A stretch of DNA of 64,000 nucleotides. It comes from a virus. The notes beneath the pieces were generated by a model. That model ran no database searches. It saw nothing but the letters and a program-made list of their open reading frames with translations, and was not told the DNA's origin. The first letter of the stretch is position 1. The number at the start of each line of letters is the position of its first letter. The stretch lies in UHGV virus genome UHGV-1363143; one strand, given 5' to 3'. Below, one piece after another: positions 30,874-41,833 of the stretch. A program made the position numbers and the translations under genes.

Positions 30874-31125
30874 GTGATAAGAATGGATATTATGAATCTT
30901 ATTGTTGACCAAGCTTTAGTACTTATACCTGTACTATATGTAATTGGTAGGTTTTTAAAAATCTCCAGTATACCAGATAAGTATATTCCAATTTCATTAT
31001 TAATCTTTGGAATAGTTTTATCAATGCTTTTAATAGGTGTATCTGTTGAAGGATTTATACAAGGAGTTTTGGTAGCGGGAGCAGCTGTATTCACTAACGA
31101 GCTTGTAAAACAATCTAACAGATAA
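30874..31125 (+). CDS. holin (two-TM, LL-H/phage_holin_4-like); ATG at 30883 likely true start
   Basis: About 80 aa with two hydrophobic helices (LVLIPVLYVIGRFL ; ISLLIFGIVLSMLLIGV) and a charged C-terminal tail (KQSNR). GGAG RBS. Confidence 0.6.
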   Translation: MIRMDIMNLIVDQALVLIPVLYVIGRFLKISSIPDKYIPISLLIFGIVLSMLLIGVSVEGFIQGVLVAGAAVFTNELVKQSNR

Positions 31126-31129
31126 AAAG

Positions 31130-31162
31130 ATAAGCGGCTGCAATAGGTCGCTTATTTTTATT
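31130..31162 (+). terminator. rho-independent terminator
   Basis: ATAAGCG-gctgcaataggt-CGCTTAT followed by TTTTTATT. Confidence 0.6.
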
Positions 31163-31193
31163 GTTTAATAATAAATAAAGAAGGTGATTATAA

Positions 31194-33443
31194 ATGGGAC
31201 AAGTACAAAGTGGATTTTATCCTCTTAGAAATCCTAATGCTGTTAGATTAATTGTGTCGTGGACGGAACAGTTATCTGGAAATAAAAATACAGTAAACTT
31301 TAGTATGACTGTTTATAGTAAATATAGAATAAGCGGTACTTGGAAATGTAGTTTTATTGCAGATGGCACTGATTTTGGAGCTCCAAGAGTAAGAATAAGT
31401 CATGGTGGCAAAACTACTCCTGGTTCTACAGTAGTAAGAAGTAACATGGTAAAAACATTTACCTATAGTGGTAGCAAAAGTATAAGTATTACTGCTGCTC
31501 TACCAGATATGGATTATTACGATGTTGATGAAGGATCAGGCAGTAGCCAAATTTATAGACCATCATTTACGACTACAATAAATTTAAAAAATAATAATTC
31601 AGCTCCTCCTACACCTAGCATTAGTTGTAATAATAGCAAAGTAGGCTCTAATTATTTGGCTGAGGGTACATTAGATATTACACTCTCTAGTGTAAAAGAT
31701 CCTGATGGAGATACTGTCAGATATGTAATTTATGGTGAACGTAAGGAACCTGGAAAAACTTATTGGGAGAAGATTGGAGATGGTAATAGTTGTTTATTAT
31801 GGTCAACTACTGCTAGAAGTGTTTCGCACAAAATAACACAATATCCAAGAGGTACTCAGTTTAGAGTATGGGGACACGCAGAAGATGGTAAGACAAAATC
31901 TGGAACAACATCAACCATAAGTAACATATGGAGAAATAAAATACCCAATCCAGTAAATGAAATACTTCCTAAAGAAGGATATTTTAATAGCGATAGTTTT
32001 ACTATAAACTGGGATAAGCCAAGCGATCCAGATGGTAATATACCTACAATTAATTTATGGTTAAGTAAGGATGGAGCAGATTATGTTAAAGTGCTCAGCA
32101 ATTCATCTGCAACAAGCTATACACAAAATATTGCTAATGATGCAGAAGGTACCCAATATAAGTTTAAAATATACTCATATGATGGGTTGGTAGAAAGTGC
32201 CGTTACTACATCTTCGACTTATGTAAAAAATACAAAACCAACTAAACCTACTCAAATATTTCCTAATGAGGGATTTGCTTTAGGAAGTACCTTAATCTCA
32301 TGGAATAAGTCTACAGATCCTGAAGGTAGAGGAATAGACCATTATATAGTTTATATAAATGACATAAAAGTAGGGACATCAAAAACAACTTCCTATACAT
32401 GGATAATGCCAGATTCGGATCCATCTGAAAAAGAATATACTGTTTCAATTGAAGCTGTCGATGTAGATGGTAAAAGCAGTGATAGAGGATATGCCACAGG
32501 TTCATTTAAAAAAGCTAAGCCTCCAGCAGCTCCAGCATGGATAAAGCCTCAAGATACCTATTTTGAAAATAATATCCCTTTAACTTGGGAGAATATTTCA
32601 AGTAATGGAGTATCGGTAACTTATGAATTATCATATAGAATTAATGGTGGGCAATGGATCGTTCTAACAAACACATTGAGATCTCCTCAATATACTCATA
32701 GCATTACAGAAATAACTAGAGGAAATAGTATTGAATATAGAATAAAATGTAGCAACACATTTGGACAATCATCTCCTTATGCATATAGTAAAGTATATTA
32801 CAGAAATAGAATTCCACTAGCACCTACTATTTCGTATCCACTTAAAAACTCTAAAGTTCATGATAGTACGCCAAGAATAGCATTCACTATTCATAAGGAA
32901 CTAGATTCACAAAAACAAACGATTTATGTGAAATGCGGAGGTAAGGTATACAATAGTATAACTCATGCAAGTATGTTTTCTAAAAAAGCTGGTTCATACT
33001 CTACAGAAGAAAAAGTAGTGTTCACATGTGATGAGCTTTCAAATGGTTCTCAAACTATAGTAATTTATGTTAATGATGGTTTAATAAATAGCCCTGAGAG
33101 TTCTAGAACATTCGCTGTAGAGAATAGTACTTTAAATGCACTTAAGAGTGATCGAATCACAGCAGAGCTATTTAATACTATGAGAACGCAAATTAACACT
33201 ATAAGAAAAGCTTACGGATTAAGTGAATATGTTTATGATACCAAAATAACTATAGGAGCTTTGATAAGATTTAAGTATATCGAAGAAATGAGATCTGCAA
33301 TATTGGATGTCAGAAATGTAATCAATGATTATGATTCAAGTAATCCAGACAAATTAAATACAACATGGGAGAATTCAGGGAAAGATAAATTGATAAATGC
33401 ATCTATAGTTCAGCAAATCATAGATATCATAAAAAACACATAA
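31194..33443 (+). CDS. large protein with repeated FN3-like modules (DPDG-containing)
   Basis: Recurring ~90-aa modules with DPDGD / DPDGNIP / DPEGRG turns and W-anchored beta-strand patterns typical of fibronectin type III repeats. No peptidoglycan hydrolase motifs. Confidence 0.4.
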   Translation: MGQVQSGFYPLRNPNAVRLIVSWTEQLSGNKNTVNFSMTVYSKYRISGTWKCSFIADGTDFGAPRVRISHGGKTTPGSTVVRSNMVKTFTYSGSKSISITAALPDMDYYDVDEGSGSSQIYRPSFTTTINLKNNNSAPPTPSISCNNSKVGSNYLAEGTLDITLSSVKDPDGDTVRYVIYGERKEPGKTYWEKIGDGNSCLLWSTTARSVSHKITQYPRGTQFRVWGHAEDGKTKSGTTSTISNIWRNKIPNPVNEILPKEGYFNSDSFTINWDKPSDPDGNIPTINLWLSKDGADYVKVLSNSSATSYTQNIANDAEGTQYKFKIYSYDGLVESAVTTSSTYVKNTKPTKPTQIFPNEGFALGSTLISWNKSTDPEGRGIDHYIVYINDIKVGTSKTTSYTWIMPDSDPSEKEYTVSIEAVDVDGKSSDRGYATGSFKKAKPPAAPAWIKPQDTYFENNIPLTWENISSNGVSVTYELSYRINGGQWIVLTNTLRSPQYTHSITEITRGNSIEYRIKCSNTFGQSSPYAYSKVYYRNRIPLAPTISYPLKNSKVHDSTPRIAFTIHKELDSQKQTIYVKCGGKVYNSITHASMFSKKAGSYSTEEKVVFTCDELSNGSQTIVIYVNDGLINSPESSRTFAVENSTLNALKSDRITAELFNTMRTQINTIRKAYGLSEYVYDTKITIGALIRFKYIEEMRSAILDVRNVINDYDSSNPDKLNTTWENSGKDKLINASIVQQIIDIIKNT

Positions 33444-33482
33444 GAATCAGATTTTTAATGTTATAAATTTAATCTTAAGATA

Positions 33483-33516
33483 GCCGCACTATAAAATTAG
33501 TGCGGTTTTAATTTTG
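33483..33516 (+). terminator. rho-independent terminator
   Basis: CCGCACTA-taaaat-TAGTGCGG followed by TTTTAATTTT. Confidence 0.75.
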
Positions 33517-33580
33517 GCATGGATAGGGCGTTTTTAGAAAGTAATATAAAAATAGATTCAAACTTTAAAGAGGTGATTAA

Positions 33581-36500
33581 ATGTTCAGTGGAAACAGACG
33601 TTTTAATGGTAGACAGGGCGAGCAAATATACAACGAAGAATTGTATACCCTGTATGAACTATTAAAGCATTTTTTAGATGTTCCTTCTAATCCAGATCCT
33701 AAATTTGGACCACAGTCAGGATTAGAAAAGCCTGGTGCACTATGGTTAGATCGTCAGAACTATCCAGGCTATGGTCACTTAATGTATAGAGATAGTGATC
33801 AAGTATGGAAGCCAATGTTTGACGACTGGTTCAAGATAATTAAAGAAATAAGGAATCCTGATGGTGAACCTGAAGATGCAAAAGAAGGTCAGTTATGGAT
33901 TAACGATAGTGGAGTACTACATTGGTATAATGGCTCAATGTTTGTTCCTATAAAGTCTAAGATGGCGGACGCAGTTGAATTTGATTCTAATTCATTTGAA
34001 AACTTTTTAATTATAGATCCTTTAAAAATGACAGGCGGATATATAGTTGAGAATTTATCAAAATTAGCTCAGGTTGCAAATGGAATAAACGAGTGGAAGC
34101 CCAATACTTTATATCAGATAGGTGATTTAGTTTATCACACAGACTATGAAAATGAAACTAAATTTTATCAATATGTAGATACATTTAATGATTGGTGTGA
34201 TGAGCCACATACAAGCGAACTGACTTTTGAAGAAGAACTTGACTCAGGATTTCTAGTAGCTATTGATTTAAAAGCTCAATATCTTATACCTTCTGAAGTT
34301 TTAGATAAAGTGTTTATTGATGGATATTACACAGGTGATGATGTTTATGAGAAATTATCAGATGTATGTATTCAAATATCTTTAAGTTTATACCAAGACA
34401 AGATAGTAGCAGCAGTCCATGTTAATCCAGTTGCATTAAAAAATATTAGAAAAAGAATAGTAAGAATTGAAAAAGATCCTACTGTATATAACGAATACGG
34501 GATGATTAAAGTTGGTCCAGACAATACAGAGTATTATGGATTCATTAATGGATTTGGTCAATTCTTAAATAAAGGCGAAGACTATATAATTAAGGCCAAT
34601 GGTATTCAATTAATAGGAGACGCATTAGAAATATACGATTTTGTTTATTGTGTTACTTATGATTTTGAAACCAGAATTAAAAACCCAGGAGCCTTATATA
34701 GAGGAAGAATTAAGCTTTCAAATCAAACTTGCATTTGGATAGGGCAAATAGAACCTACAGATAAATTAGTTGTATTTACCCAAGGTTTATGTTTAGAAGA
34801 TTTCTACTATAACTATGATGTATATGATTCATCAGGATTAGTTAAATTTAATGGTTACGATAGTGATGGGAAAATTACAGATGATCCTACTAAAATGGTT
34901 AAACCATTATTTGAAAGTAAAACTGATGTTGCAATTATGAGATTTGATAAGAAAACTAATGTAGGTGTATTCACACCAGATATGCTTGAGAATGAAAAGG
35001 TGGATCCAGCAGAAACACAAAATGAAGGTACTTATTTAAAAGATGGTAAATCAAGATTTATAGCGTCTATTGAAATACCAACAGATTTTATTCAGCCTTT
35101 AATATTTGTACAAGGTCCAAACTTAAATCTAACTCTAGGAGATTACACTATTGAAGATGGTAAAGGAATAATAAAAGATGCTATACCAGGAAGTGCTTAC
35201 TACATCGTAGATGCAGTTAGAAAAGATGGATTTAATATGTTTGTAGAAGAAGGCGTTGTTAATTCTGAAGGAGTAATTCCTATAACAGATCCTGAAATAT
35301 TATCAGGAGAATGCCAACCATTATTATTTGTAGAAGGATTCTATATCTCAGTAAGAGATTTTGATACATCAGATCCTACTTGTTTACAAATATATGGACT
35401 TTCCGAAGGTCAAGATTATGTTCTATTAAAAGATAAAAATGATGAAAGATATCAACTTTTATTTGATGGAGAAATATCGTTCACAACTATACCTATGGCT
35501 TCAGACATAGATGATGCTTTAGTTTATATAGGTAACACAGTGATCGTCGATGGTGCTGCGTGTACTACAACATCTAATAATACAGATTACGCAGTAAGTA
35601 ATGAAATTAGACTCATAATTTCTGAGGGTAAACAAGAGTGGTGCTCATACAATGCTGGTAATAAAGCTTGGTATCCAATAAAGGATGAAGATTATATTGT
35701 AATGCTGGATGCATCTAGTTCAGGATATACAGTTGATACAAAGACAATAAATATCCTTCAAAACTTCGGTGAAGTTGACTGTACTTATTATGCATACAGA
35801 TTTGCTGATAATATCGAAATGCCATTAATCAAAGGATACACAAGTAGCTATATTGAACAGGGAGATGAATTATTCTACAAAATAGATTTTAGACATTCAT
35901 ACCCTATGGGCGAAAATGCTTTATCTGTATGGATGAATGGAGTTAAACAGAATATTAAAGAACATTATATTGTAGAAAAGAAAGATGAAAACGGAAGCGA
36001 AGAGAAAATAGTTCAAGGATTCCTTTTACCTAAACCAACAGATATACATGGCAATGAATTAGAAAAGAACCCAACTTGTTTCTATATCATAGAAAGACCT
36101 GAAGCTGGAGAAATAAAGTCATGTGTTGTAGAAGAATTAAAAGAGCCTGTTGGAATAAATACTTATATAACAAGTGAAGCGATATTAGCTCCAGGAGTAC
36201 CAAGGGTATTTATTGATGGTTACAGACAACCTCAAAATGCTTACATGATAAATAATATGAATACTATAACTTTAATTGAACCAGTATTAACAGAGGCTAA
36301 AAATACGGTAATGGTAACTAATGAATATGGCGAGAACAAGTTCGTAGAAGTTGATTCTAAGTCCATTGTTACTGTTGAAGTTAGAAGAGATTATAGATTA
36401 AAAGAAAAAACAGTTGAACTTACCGCAGAAACACTTGAATATATGCTTCAAGGAGCTACAGCTGTATTTGATCCTGGAATGATATTTGCAAAAGATCAAA

Positions 36501-36676
36501 AGCTTCCTAGTGAATTATTTATATCTAAATTAAGTGAAATAAATATATTTATCAATGGAGCTGCTTACGGAAAAGACTTTACTAAGATGAAAGATCAGGA
36601 TGCTATAGTGCTTACTAATTTAAATATAGTTAAGTTATTACAACCTGGCGATAAAATAACTTTTGAATGGAGATGA
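33581..36676 (+). CDS. hypothetical large structural-like protein (1031 aa)
   Basis: GAGGTGA RBS. No motifs recognised. Confidence 0.3.
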   Translation: MFSGNRRFNGRQGEQIYNEELYTLYELLKHFLDVPSNPDPKFGPQSGLEKPGALWLDRQNYPGYGHLMYRDSDQVWKPMFDDWFKIIKEIRNPDGEPEDAKEGQLWINDSGVLHWYNGSMFVPIKSKMADAVEFDSNSFENFLIIDPLKMTGGYIVENLSKLAQVANGINEWKPNTLYQIGDLVYHTDYENETKFYQYVDTFNDWCDEPHTSELTFEEELDSGFLVAIDLKAQYLIPSEVLDKVFIDGYYTGDDVYEKLSDVCIQISLSLYQDKIVAAVHVNPVALKNIRKRIVRIEKDPTVYNEYGMIKVGPDNTEYYGFINGFGQFLNKGEDYIIKANGIQLIGDALEIYDFVYCVTYDFETRIKNPGALYRGRIKLSNQTCIWIGQIEPTDKLVVFTQGLCLEDFYYNYDVYDSSGLVKFNGYDSDGKITDDPTKMVKPLFESKTDVAIMRFDKKTNVGVFTPDMLENEKVDPAETQNEGTYLKDGKSRFIASIEIPTDFIQPLIFVQGPNLNLTLGDYTIEDGKGIIKDAIPGSAYYIVDAVRKDGFNMFVEEGVVNSEGVIPITDPEILSGECQPLLFVEGFYISVRDFDTSDPTCLQIYGLSEGQDYVLLKDKNDERYQLLFDGEISFTTIPMASDIDDALVYIGNTVIVDGAACTTTSNNTDYAVSNEIRLIISEGKQEWCSYNAGNKAWYPIKDEDYIVMLDASSSGYTVDTKTINILQNFGEVDCTYYAYRFADNIEMPLIKGYTSSYIEQGDELFYKIDFRHSYPMGENALSVWMNGVKQNIKEHYIVEKKDENGSEEKIVQGFLLPKPTDIHGNELEKNPTCFYIIERPEAGEIKSCVVEELKEPVGINTYITSEAILAPGVPRVFIDGYRQPQNAYMINNMNTITLIEPVLTEAKNTVMVTNEYGENKFVEVDSKSIVTVEVRRDYRLKEKTVELTAETLEYMLQGATAVFDPGMIFAKDQKLPSELFISKLSEINIFINGAAYGKDFTKMKDQDAIVLTNLNIVKLLQPGDKITFEWR

Positions 36677-36682
36677 TGAGAC

Positions 36683-38686
36683 ATGGCTTATACAATTAAA
36701 CCAAGTATAGGAATGCTACCTATAGAAGATATGGACAAAGTTATGGTAGCACAAGGCTTTATAAAAGGTCTTGCCGCTAACGATATAGAAGAAGTTACTC
36801 AAGAGAAAGATCCTGTTACAGGAGCAGTAAAAACTCCAGGTATAACAGATCCCTCAAGAATAGCTATATGTGCAGGAAAAAGAAATTCTAATGGAACAAT
36901 TGATAGAGAAACAATTAAAAATGCACTTAACCTTAATGGTAAAGGAGCAGACGAATTTCTTGATAAAGAAGACAAGGATGAAATAAGCGAAGTAATAAGC
37001 TTAATTAATAAAGCTCACTCAGATGAAATTCAGTTACTTAGAGATGAATTATATCATTTAAAAGCTGAGTTAGTTAAGACTGGTACTGTAGAAGACACAT
37101 TGGTTGCTGATGGTTATATTGATGGATTTAAACATTCTAACGTCAAATATAACACAGCTAAAACTGACCTTGAAACTGTTAATGGATTAATAGTTAGACA
37201 AGTTGAAAATATCTTTGATAAAAATGACTGGTTAATAGTTAGAAAAGATAAAGCAGATGTTCAAAGTAATACTTTAGCCACAGTCACTAAAGAAACAGGG
37301 AACGACCTTCAATTAGATATTGGTACTGCTAATCTTTCAGAAGAAAGAACAGTATTATTCAAATCACTTGGAGAATATAACAGAGGAACATATTCATTCA
37401 GTAAAGTATCTCATGGAACCCCTAGCTCAAAGGAAAACTATACTATGCTTAATGATGATAGTAATATTTATAAGCACAAGATTGATAGTAGTTATACTGG
37501 ATTCGCTACAGTTATAAAAATTCCAAATAGATGCGCAGGATTTTTAACTAAGTTCTCTGTACACGGAAAAGCATTTGGTAATCCAGGTTCTCTAACTTGT
37601 CATGTAATAAAAGGCTCATATGAATATATAAATCAATTAGCTAAAACTAATGGATTATCTCAAGCAGCGACAGATGGAAATTTACTTGCAAAGTCATCAC
37701 CTGTAAATGCAAATATAAAAGATGATGAAATAGTATTTGATTTCACAAAATTAGATTACGATGTAAATGATTCTACATCAACTTTATATCCTGAAGTTGA
37801 AGGAACAGAATACTGCTTTGTAATTGAAGCTGATAATGTAAACTCACAAGATTACTGGCAACTAGAATTTGGCCATAAAAAGAATGCACCAATGGATTTA
37901 CAAACTAACAATAAAACTTTTAAGTTCTATAATAAAGACTTAATTTCTGTCACTGAAAATTCATTTGTTGAAATGGCAGATATAGATATGTTATACATGG
38001 CTATAACTAGACCTAAAATGCAGGAAGATGAAGTTCCTTACTCTACTGGACTTTATACAACTTTAAACCCAATTAAACTTTCTGCACCAATCAAAGCTTC
38101 AAGAGCTAGACTTACTTTAGAAGTTAATAAGGAAGGTAACTTTGTAACAGTAGACCAAGGTGTAATAAGAGCAGAACTAGATACAATAGAATTTAGAAAT
38201 TTTGATGGTTCTTATGCAGAACAAACAGTTTTAGGTGGAGGAGACCATGTAATTATAGGCAATAATATTGCAAAGGTTAAAACATCAACACCTAATACAG
38301 TTACTATTGATAAGAACATTTATGTATTACCAATGACACCAATATATAGATGCGGATATTCTGCTCAAATAAAAACACACTTAATTGAAGAAGCTGAAGA
38401 TGGATCACCTACAATAGTTCCTGGTTCGGAAAGAATATATCCATTAGAGCTAGTAGCTGTAATCCCAAGTGGTAGGGAAGATAGTTCATCAGTATCCGAT
38501 AGATTAATATTTGAAGTTAATATAGATAATTCAGCTAAAGAAATATCTTACTTCAATGAAGCTGAACTTCAAGTAAAGTGGAATAGTTTCTTAGCATCAA
38601 ATATAATCCATTCTCAAGCATCAAAGGGTAATGATTATGTTGGTAGAATTCATAGCTTAAGTTTAGCATTTGATAAAATAGTTTAA
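36683..38686 (+). CDS. hypothetical large protein (667 aa)
   Basis: Tightly spaced after the previous gene. Confidence 0.3.
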   Translation: MAYTIKPSIGMLPIEDMDKVMVAQGFIKGLAANDIEEVTQEKDPVTGAVKTPGITDPSRIAICAGKRNSNGTIDRETIKNALNLNGKGADEFLDKEDKDEISEVISLINKAHSDEIQLLRDELYHLKAELVKTGTVEDTLVADGYIDGFKHSNVKYNTAKTDLETVNGLIVRQVENIFDKNDWLIVRKDKADVQSNTLATVTKETGNDLQLDIGTANLSEERTVLFKSLGEYNRGTYSFSKVSHGTPSSKENYTMLNDDSNIYKHKIDSSYTGFATVIKIPNRCAGFLTKFSVHGKAFGNPGSLTCHVIKGSYEYINQLAKTNGLSQAATDGNLLAKSSPVNANIKDDEIVFDFTKLDYDVNDSTSTLYPEVEGTEYCFVIEADNVNSQDYWQLEFGHKKNAPMDLQTNNKTFKFYNKDLISVTENSFVEMADIDMLYMAITRPKMQEDEVPYSTGLYTTLNPIKLSAPIKASRARLTLEVNKEGNFVTVDQGVIRAELDTIEFRNFDGSYAEQTVLGGGDHVIIGNNIAKVKTSTPNTVTIDKNIYVLPMTPIYRCGYSAQIKTHLIEEAEDGSPTIVPGSERIYPLELVAVIPSGREDSSSVSDRLIFEVNIDNSAKEISYFNEAELQVKWNSFLASNIIHSQASKGNDYVGRIHSLSLAFDKIV

Positions 38687-38699
38687 TTTGATAGATAGT

Positions 38700-38715
38700 G
38701 GGGGAGAGATCCCCC
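38700..38715 (+). other. GC-rich stem-loop GGGGGA-gaga-TCCCCC
   Basis: Perfect 6-bp G/C stem with a tetraloop in otherwise AT-rich DNA, 20 nt upstream of the AGGGAGG RBS of 38738. No clear T-tract follows. Confidence 0.5.
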
Positions 38716-38737
38716 TTATACCAAGGGAGGAAATAAC

Positions 38738-40150
38738 ATGGCTCACGGAGTACGTAAAGTCAATGAGTTTATAGTAAGAGACGGTAGAGCATTAATAATG
38801 ACACAAAACGTTGCATCCAGTACATCTCAAACTCAATGGGATAGCATAGCAGATGGAACATTATATATTGCTCCGACTAATGGAGATATTAAATATAAGA
38901 GTAAAGGCAGTGCACCTAAAGCATGGACCAGATTCTTACCAGGAAATTTATTTATAGATCAAGATATAACTGGGAATTTCTTAAAAGATAAAACAGTTAC
39001 AGAAATTAAAATGGCAGATAGTTCTGTAAGCACTAGGTCAATCATTAATAGAAATGTTACATCCCCTAAAATTGCATTAGGTGCAATTCTTACAGAGCAT
39101 TTTCAAGAAAATAGTTTAGACGGCAAAGTAATAAAAGATAACACTTTGAATGGAAACAAATTAATTAATTTATCTTTAGAAGGAATTAAATTAAAAGACA
39201 GAACTATTGATGGTGTCAAATTAAAACAACTCACTATTACAGATGCTGAATTAGCAAGTAATTCTGTAATCACTAGAGTAATCAAAGATTTAAATGTAAC
39301 TGAATCTAAATTAGCTAATGATTCCGTTAGTACCAGAACCATTAAAGATCTAAATGTAACAACTCCTAAATTAGCAGACTTGTCCGTAACTAATCCTAAG
39401 ATAGGAGAAAAGGCAGTAGACTGGAAGAACGTAAATGATGATGCAATTAGGACAAGTCATATTCTAAACCTAAATGTAACGGAACCAAAATTAGCTAACA
39501 ATGCAGTTATTACTAGGGTTATAAAAGACTTAAGTGTAACTACTCCTAAGTTAGCAAATGATGCAGTTACTACTCTTAAGATTCTAAACAAAAATGTTAC
39601 CTTAGCAAAACTTGAAGATAGTGTTCAATCTGTAATTAGAAATGCAGTAGTGCATGATGGAGATTACGCTACAGTCAATGCAAATCTAAGAGTTAAAGGA
39701 AATATAGTTGCAGATCCTAATAATTTAACTAAGACCATTTCAGGATTCAAAGTTTATAATCCATTATTCGCTGATTACGCAGAAGGATTTGTAGTAACTG
39801 AACCAGTTGAAGAAGGACATATAGTTGAAATAGATAAATATGGCTGTGTAAAAAAAGCCGAAGCTTATTCTAGAAAAATAGTAGGAATAGTTTCTGAAAG
39901 GTATGGTATGTGTTTAGATGCCGATGAAGAAGATATAAAGAGTGGTGCTAAAACAGCAGTAGGACTTATTGGTAAGGTTCCTGTACAAGTTGTAGGTAAA
40001 GTTAGTGCTGGAGATTTTATTATATCTTCAGGAGATGGAATAGGTATGGCAACTAAGAAACATTTTGTAGGTTCGATAGTTGGTAAGGCCTTAGAAGATA
40101 AAGATACTTACGGACTAGGATCAGTCTTATGTTTAATACAGCCTATGTAA
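38738..40150 (+). CDS. tail-fibre-like protein with 11 tandem ~20-aa repeats (XkdV-type repeat)
   Basis: Central region NVTxPKLAxxxVxTRxIKDL repeated about 11 times. The C-terminal ~150 aa form a separate globular domain (..GLIGKVPVQVVGKVSAGDFIISSGDGIGMA..). A terminator follows. Confidence 0.5.
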   Translation: MAHGVRKVNEFIVRDGRALIMTQNVASSTSQTQWDSIADGTLYIAPTNGDIKYKSKGSAPKAWTRFLPGNLFIDQDITGNFLKDKTVTEIKMADSSVSTRSIINRNVTSPKIALGAILTEHFQENSLDGKVIKDNTLNGNKLINLSLEGIKLKDRTIDGVKLKQLTITDAELASNSVITRVIKDLNVTESKLANDSVSTRTIKDLNVTTPKLADLSVTNPKIGEKAVDWKNVNDDAIRTSHILNLNVTEPKLANNAVITRVIKDLSVTTPKLANDAVTTLKILNKNVTLAKLEDSVQSVIRNAVVHDGDYATVNANLRVKGNIVADPNNLTKTISGFKVYNPLFADYAEGFVVTEPVEEGHIVEIDKYGCVKKAEAYSRKIVGIVSERYGMCLDADEEDIKSGAKTAVGLIGKVPVQVVGKVSAGDFIISSGDGIGMATKKHFVGSIVGKALEDKDTYGLGSVLCLIQPM

Positions 40151-40153
40151 TAA

Positions 40154-40180
40154 AGCCAGTAATACTGGCTTTTTCTTTTG
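40154..40180 (+). terminator. rho-independent terminator
   Basis: AGCCAG-taata-CTGGCT followed by TTTTCTTTT. Confidence 0.75.
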
Positions 40181-40229
40181 TGCTTTAAGTGCAATCTATA
40201 AAGTAATAGAACAAAAAGAGGTGATACAA

Positions 40230-41168
40230 ATGGATATAAAAAATATGTTTGACTTCGAATCCAAAATAGATTTTCTGCTGAAGTCTTACGATGAAAATAT
40301 AATTGATAATATAAAACATCAAGAAAGCTTTTTAGATAGTGAAACTGCTAATGAGAACTTTTCTAAAATTGAAAACTATCTAAATGATATGTATGAAAAG
40401 GTTAGAGTCCTAGAAGAAGTTATTGACTATGCAAAGATATATGTTAATAACGAGATTGATACAACAATAACTGAATGTAGAGATTTGTTAAGTGAAATAG
40501 AAAATATGAATGACAATATATTTAATGATTCTAAGAATTTTAAAGTAATAAATGTTTCTTTAGCTAATAACGATGTTGAACAATCTCCCGATAGAGATGG
40601 AACTTCTCTAAAGACATGTGAAATATACAATAATGTTATTTCATTGTCAGGTACTATAAAGAACACCATTGATATAAAGGATGTATCAGTTAAAAGAGAA
40701 GAACAAGCTTATGAAAGTAATTACAAAGAACTACTAGACGGAGAACCATACAGAGTCCATTACTTACTTGATGCAATATGTAAAAATGGAGTTTCAGAAA
40801 CAATAAGATTTGACTTTAGCGAACCTAGAGAAATTAATTCTATCAAAGTTAAATTATCTAATTGTAAGATCACCGACATAATATATATGCATGAAGATAA
40901 TACAGAAACTATTGATTCTGATATTTCAAAAGGAGTTATTCCTGTTAGAACAGTCAAGGGAATTAAGTTGGCATTAAACAGCACCAATTATTCTCCTAAA
41001 TCTCTTTCAGTATCAACTACAGAAAACAATAAGTTTGAAGACCTAGATAAAGCATGGAAGGAATACCATGAAGAAGTAAAGGAAAAAGATTATATATATT
41101 CTAAAGGTGAATATAAAAATCAAATGTGCAATTACTTAGAAGAAATTTATTTAAAGGAGGTTAAATAA
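40230..41168 (+). CDS. hypothetical protein (start moved to ATG after AAGAGGTGA)
   Basis: The track start at 40221 is GTG, inside the RBS. ATG at 40230. N-terminal coiled-coil-prone. Confidence 0.35.
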   Translation: MDIKNMFDFESKIDFLLKSYDENIIDNIKHQESFLDSETANENFSKIENYLNDMYEKVRVLEEVIDYAKIYVNNEIDTTITECRDLLSEIENMNDNIFNDSKNFKVINVSLANNDVEQSPDRDGTSLKTCEIYNNVISLSGTIKNTIDIKDVSVKREEQAYESNYKELLDGEPYRVHYLLDAICKNGVSETIRFDFSEPREINSIKVKLSNCKITDIIYMHEDNTETIDSDISKGVIPVRTVKGIKLALNSTNYSPKSLSVSTTENNKFEDLDKAWKEYHEEVKEKDYIYSKGEYKNQMCNYLEEIYLKEVK

Positions 41169-41833
41169 TGTCTAAATTGCCATATTCAGATTATGCAGAC
41201 AATTTAGTATCAACTTTAAATACAGATGCTAAAGCTCCAACACCACCTTCTTCTCCTAAGCCTGATACAGAAAATTCTACAGATACAATAGTATCTAAAA
41301 AATATTCATATCATTTTGGTATTGATTCAATCAATTTTTCGCAAGTAAGAATAGAACAAAATATGTGTTTCATAAGCGAAAATATTGAAGTGGGTTATTT
41401 ACAAGAAGATGAATATATTCAATTAACTTCTGAATTTAATACTGGCGAAAATGGCTCGATAGAATTTTATATATTAGATGGTTCAGAAGCTAAGTCCATC
41501 TTACCTATAGGAACAGAAGTAGTACTTAATGAAAAGATATTTTTTGGACTTAGGCCAAGATTCTCTATAAATAATAATGAGCCAATTACTATAAAGAAGA
41601 ATGGAGTAGTTGTTGATGTAAGCTTAGAACAAGCTATTAATAGTAATGAAGATGGATATACAGTAAGCTATTCTCCATTAGATGCTCATGACTTGATTGT
41701 AAAAAATGATGTTGTAAAAGTTAAAGCTATTCTTAGAACTTACAATAAGAATACTGAAGCACCATCTATAAAAAGATTGGCGATAAAAAAATATGGGAGG
41801 AACTCTTTATGGAAAGACAGTACAATCAATTAA
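41168..41833 (+). CDS. hypothetical protein with Pro-rich linker
   Basis: PTPPSSPKPDTEN linker near the N-terminus. Confidence 0.3.
   Translation: MSKLPYSDYADNLVSTLNTDAKAPTPPSSPKPDTENSTDTIVSKKYSYHFGIDSINFSQVRIEQNMCFISENIEVGYLQEDEYIQLTSEFNTGENGSIEFYILDGSEAKSILPIGTEVVLNEKIFFGLRPRFSINNNEPITIKKNGVVVDVSLEQAINSNEDGYTVSYSPLDAHDLIVKNDVVKVKAILRTYNKNTEAPSIKRLAIKKYGRNSLWKDSTIN

Noticed and set aside
31194-33443. The 749-aa gene after the holin as the endolysin
   Set aside because: No amidase, muramidase, CHAP or M23 motifs are present. Its repeats look like FN3-type structural modules.
37320-37517. Internal + strand ORF in alternative frame of 36683..38686
   Set aside because: It is nested and has no RBS.
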